Positions 61,132 to 64,000 of a stretch of DNA of 64,000 nucleotides are shown here, piece by piece. Every line of letters starts with the position of its first letter. Position 1 is the first letter of the stretch. Both the position numbers and the translations under genes were made by a program. The DNA comes from Burkholderiales bacterium (lineage in GTDB: Bacteria > Pseudomonadota > Gammaproteobacteria > Burkholderiales > SG8-41). The notes beneath the pieces are model-generated. The model saw only the letters and a list, made by a program, of their open reading frames with translations, ran no database searches and was not told the DNA's origin. Location: positions 16,596-80,595 of the forward strand of contig DATBKZ010000043.1 of NCBI GenBank assembly GCA_036555615.1, in the 5' to 3' direction.

Positions 61132-62999
61132 TGGCCTACAAAACGATCATCGAAGACGGCATCGACATCCTGGTCGTCGGTGCGGGTCTTGGCGGCACCG
61201 GTGCCGCCTGGGAGGCGAGATTCTGGGGTCAAGACAAGAAGATCGTCATTGCCGAGAAGGCCAACATGGATCGCTCCGGCGCGGTCGCCCAGGGCCTGTA
61301 CGCCATCAACTGCTACATGGGCACCCGCTGGGGCGAAAACAAGCCGGAGGACCATGTCCGCTACGCTCGCATCGACCTGATGGGGCTGGTGCGGGAAGAC
61401 CTGCTGTTCGACATGGCCCGTCACGTCGACTCCACGGTGCACCAGTTCGAAGAGTGGGGCCTGCCCATCATGAAGGACCCGAAAACCGGGCGCTACCTGC
61501 GTGAAGGGCGATGGCAGATCATGATTCACGGCGAGTCCTACAAGCCCATCGTGTCCGAGGCCGCCAAGAAATCGGCGGACAAGGTGTACAACCGCATCTG
61601 CGTCACCCACCTGCTGATGGACGACAGCAAGGAGAACCGCGTGGCCGGCGCCGTCGGCTTTAACGTCCGCACGGGCGATTACCACGTTTTCAAGTCCAAG
61701 ACCGTGATCTGCGGCGCGGGCGGTGCCTCCAACATCTTCAAGCCGCGCTCGGTGGGCGAAGGTTCCGGCCGCACCTGGTATGCACCCTGGTCGTCCGCGT
61801 CTGCCTATGGGCTCATGATCGACGCCGGCGCCAAGATGACGCAGATGGAGAACCGCATCGTGCTGGCGCGCTTCAAGGACGGCTACGGCCCGGTCGGCGC
61901 CTACTTCCTGCACCTGAAGACCTATACGCAGAACGGCCTGGGCGAAGAGTTCGAGTCCAAATGGTGGCCCGAGCTGCAGAAGATGGTCGGCAAGGAATAT
62001 CTCGATCCGGAATCTTTTCACCTGACCCATCGGCCGATCCCGACCTGCTTGCGCAACCACGCGCTCATCAGCGAAGTCAATGCCGGCCGCGGCCCCATTC
62101 ACATGGTGACCATGCGCGCCTTCCAGGATCCTCATCTGGAAGAGGTCGGCTGGGAGAACTTCCTCGGCATGACCATCGGCCAGGCGGTTTTGTGGGCCGC
62201 CACCGACGTGGATCCAAAGTACGAGAATCCCGAGCTGACCACCTCCGAGCCCTACGTCATGGGCTCCCACGCGACCTGCTCGGGAGCCTGGTGCTCGGGT
62301 CCCGAGGACGTTTCCCCTCCCGAGTATTTCTGGGGCTACAACCGCATGACGACAATCGAAGGCCTGTTCGGCGCCGGCGACGCGGTCGGCGGCACGCCGC
62401 ACGCCTTCTCATCCGGCTCGTTCACCGAAGGTCGCCTCGCCGCGAAGGCCGCCTGCAAGTACATCGACGACGGCAAGGCCGAAGGCATCGTCGTATCCGA
62501 CGAGCAGATCGAGCGTCGCAAGAAGGAGATCTACAAGCCTCTCGAGCATTACAGGATCTACCGCAATGCGATCGTGGCGGGCAGTGTCAACCCGCACTAC
62601 ATCAATCCCAAGCAGGGCCTGGACCGCCTGCAGAAGCTGATGGACGAATATTGCGGCGGCGTGACCGTTAACTACATGACCAACGAGAAGCTCCTGAACA
62701 TCGGTCTCAAGAAGCTCAGGATCATGGAGGAAGACCTCGAGAACCTCGCCGCAGAGGATATTCACGAGTTGTTGCGCGCGTGGGAATTGAAGCATCGTCA
62801 TCGCGCTGCGGAGTGCGTCACGCAGCACACTCTGTTCCGCAAGGAGACTCGTTGGCCGGGGTACTACTACCGGGGCGACGCCATGAAGGTGGACGACAAG
62901 AACTGGCACGTGCTGACGGTTTCGCGTCGCGACCCGAGAACCGGTGAATACACCATGGAGAAGGCGCCTTGTTATCACCTCGTCGGGGAAGGCGAGTAG
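61131..62999 (+). CDS. aprA: Adenylylsulfate (APS) reductase alpha subunit
   Basis: 622 aa with FAD motif ILVVGAGLGGTGAA and an AprA-typical sequence throughout. It has a 1-nt overlap with the aprB stop. Confidence 0.93.
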   Translation: MAYKTIIEDGIDILVVGAGLGGTGAAWEARFWGQDKKIVIAEKANMDRSGAVAQGLYAINCYMGTRWGENKPEDHVRYARIDLMGLVREDLLFDMARHVDSTVHQFEEWGLPIMKDPKTGRYLREGRWQIMIHGESYKPIVSEAAKKSADKVYNRICVTHLLMDDSKENRVAGAVGFNVRTGDYHVFKSKTVICGAGGASNIFKPRSVGEGSGRTWYAPWSSASAYGLMIDAGAKMTQMENRIVLARFKDGYGPVGAYFLHLKTYTQNGLGEEFESKWWPELQKMVGKEYLDPESFHLTHRPIPTCLRNHALISEVNAGRGPIHMVTMRAFQDPHLEEVGWENFLGMTIGQAVLWAATDVDPKYENPELTTSEPYVMGSHATCSGAWCSGPEDVSPPEYFWGYNRMTTIEGLFGAGDAVGGTPHAFSSGSFTEGRLAAKAACKYIDDGKAEGIVVSDEQIERRKKEIYKPLEHYRIYRNAIVAGSVNPHYINPKQGLDRLQKLMDEYCGGVTVNYMTNEKLLNIGLKKLRIMEEDLENLAAEDIHELLRAWELKHRHRAAECVTQHTLFRKETRWPGYYYRGDAMKVDDKNWHVLTVSRRDPRTGEYTMEKAPCYHLVGEGE

Positions 63000-63056
63000 C
63001 GATCTCCCCGGGCAAATGTGCGCGTTGACGGTCTGCCCGGCGCAGAAGAGGCCAGC

Positions 63057-63464
63057 ATGTCGAGTGTTGTGATTCCCATGAAGCCGGTCTCGCCCGCTCG
63101 CGGAGAGGCGCGCGTGAACATCATTGAAAAGACCGACGAGGAGATTCTCGCCATCGCCCGTCCCCTGTGGCGCGACCTCGTCAAATATTCGAACGAAGGC
63201 AAGTACGGGGAATTCGTCAGGAACTTCTCCAATTCCCTGGCGCTTGCCATGAACCAGGTTGCAGCCGGCCACCAGTTCGCAAACAGCGAGCTGGCGAGAA
63301 GCCTGTCCGAAGACGTCGACTTCCTTGGCGTTATCCGCCGGGGCGAGCATGTGACGGTGCTTTACCGGCAGCGCAGCACCAAGAAGCCAGGCGAATGGCT
63401 TGGCAGGCTTGTCCTCGGCTATGAAGATGGACAGGTCAGGATCTTTGGTGCATCCATCTTCTGA
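63057..63464 (+). CDS. Hypothetical protein downstream of aprA (no family recognised)
   Basis: 135 aa from ATG 63057, co-oriented and 57 nt after aprA, with coding-like GC3. Confidence 0.5.
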   Translation: MSSVVIPMKPVSPARGEARVNIIEKTDEEILAIARPLWRDLVKYSNEGKYGEFVRNFSNSLALAMNQVAAGHQFANSELARSLSEDVDFLGVIRRGEHVTVLYRQRSTKKPGEWLGRLVLGYEDGQVRIFGASIF

Positions 63465-63484
63465 GCTGCTCGTTCGGATCCGGC

Positions 63485-63994
63485 ATGAGCGAAACCATCC
63501 GCGACGGCAAGTTTGTCGAGCTCACGTACAAGGTGACCGACAAGAAGACCGGGCATGTCCTCACCAGGGTCGAATTCCCGCTGGGCTATGTTCACGGGCA
63601 CAATGAGATCCTGGCTCCCTCCGTCCATAGGGAGCTGGAGGGCAAGTCCGCGGGCGACGTCATCGAAGTGCCCATCGATGGCAATCAGATCTTCGGCGCC
63701 AGGGACGAGTCGCTGGTCTTCAGCGATCGCATCGAGAACGTCCCCGAGGAGTATCGGCAGGTCGGCACCTCCATCCTGATGGAGAACGACAAGGGCCAGA
63801 CCCGCAGCTTCCTCGTGACGCAGATGGACGACGAGAAGCTGACGGTCGATGGCAACAATCCGCTTTGCGGCAGGGCGGTCGTCTTTGCGCTCGAGATTCT
63901 GACCGTACGCGACGCGACGGATGAAGAGACTAGAGCCGGCGGAGCGATCGTTGCGGGCGCGGATATCGACCCGTCACTCATGAGACCTGTTTGA
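63485..63994 (+). CDS. FKBP-type peptidyl-prolyl cis-trans isomerase (SlyD-like, with IF-type insert)
   Basis: KFVELTYKVTDKKTGHVL...FPLGYVHGHNEILAPSVHRELEGKSAGD...NNPLCGRAVVFALEIL. Confidence 0.8.
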   Translation: MSETIRDGKFVELTYKVTDKKTGHVLTRVEFPLGYVHGHNEILAPSVHRELEGKSAGDVIEVPIDGNQIFGARDESLVFSDRIENVPEEYRQVGTSILMENDKGQTRSFLVTQMDDEKLTVDGNNPLCGRAVVFALEILTVRDATDEETRAGGAIVAGADIDPSLMRPV

Positions 63995-64000
63995 GTGTCT

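Overview
This is a high-GC (about 65-67%) proteobacterial chromosomal segment. Gene content and order suggest a sulfur-oxidizing Betaproteobacterium: thrS-infC-rpmI-rplT-pheST-ihfA, surE-pcm-nlpD, Mth938-like/aminotransferase-hom-thrC, orphan Bug-family binding proteins, and aprM-aprBA. I found about 60 protein genes, 2 tRNAs (Val-GAC, Pro-GGG), and one family of bipartite REP-like intergenic repeats (5 copies at 4 loci). I also found several promoter and terminator candidates and two short ORFs of note. One (39 aa) falls below the ORF-track cutoff; the other (69 aa) is listed in the track but is easy to dismiss. There are no CRISPR arrays, transposases, integrases, phage genes or recognisable defence islands, so this is mostly core genome. 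No clear-cut novel system stands out. The stretches most worth a second look are listed below.

- **Minus-strand cluster next to cydAB (32920-35773):** a YeiH/UPF0324-type transporter with a 110-aa hydrophilic insertion, an untracked 39-aa membrane peptide, a USP, and a START-like membrane-anchored protein.
- **Region downstream of clpB (41464-41719):** a promoter-like element, about 220 nt of structured RNA, and an intrinsic terminator, followed by a tiny charged protein.
- **pheT:** it cleanly lacks the N-terminal OB-fold tRNA-binding domain.
- **MscS-like / soluble MgtE-sensor / MgtE operon:** three translationally coupled genes.
- **aprM-aprBA locus:** two co-oriented downstream genes, one an orphan and one an FKBP-type isomerase.
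- **REP-like element family.**

All family calls rest on motifs I recognise by eye. No searches were run. Many very long ORFs in the track are antisense artefacts of the high GC content and were rejected.
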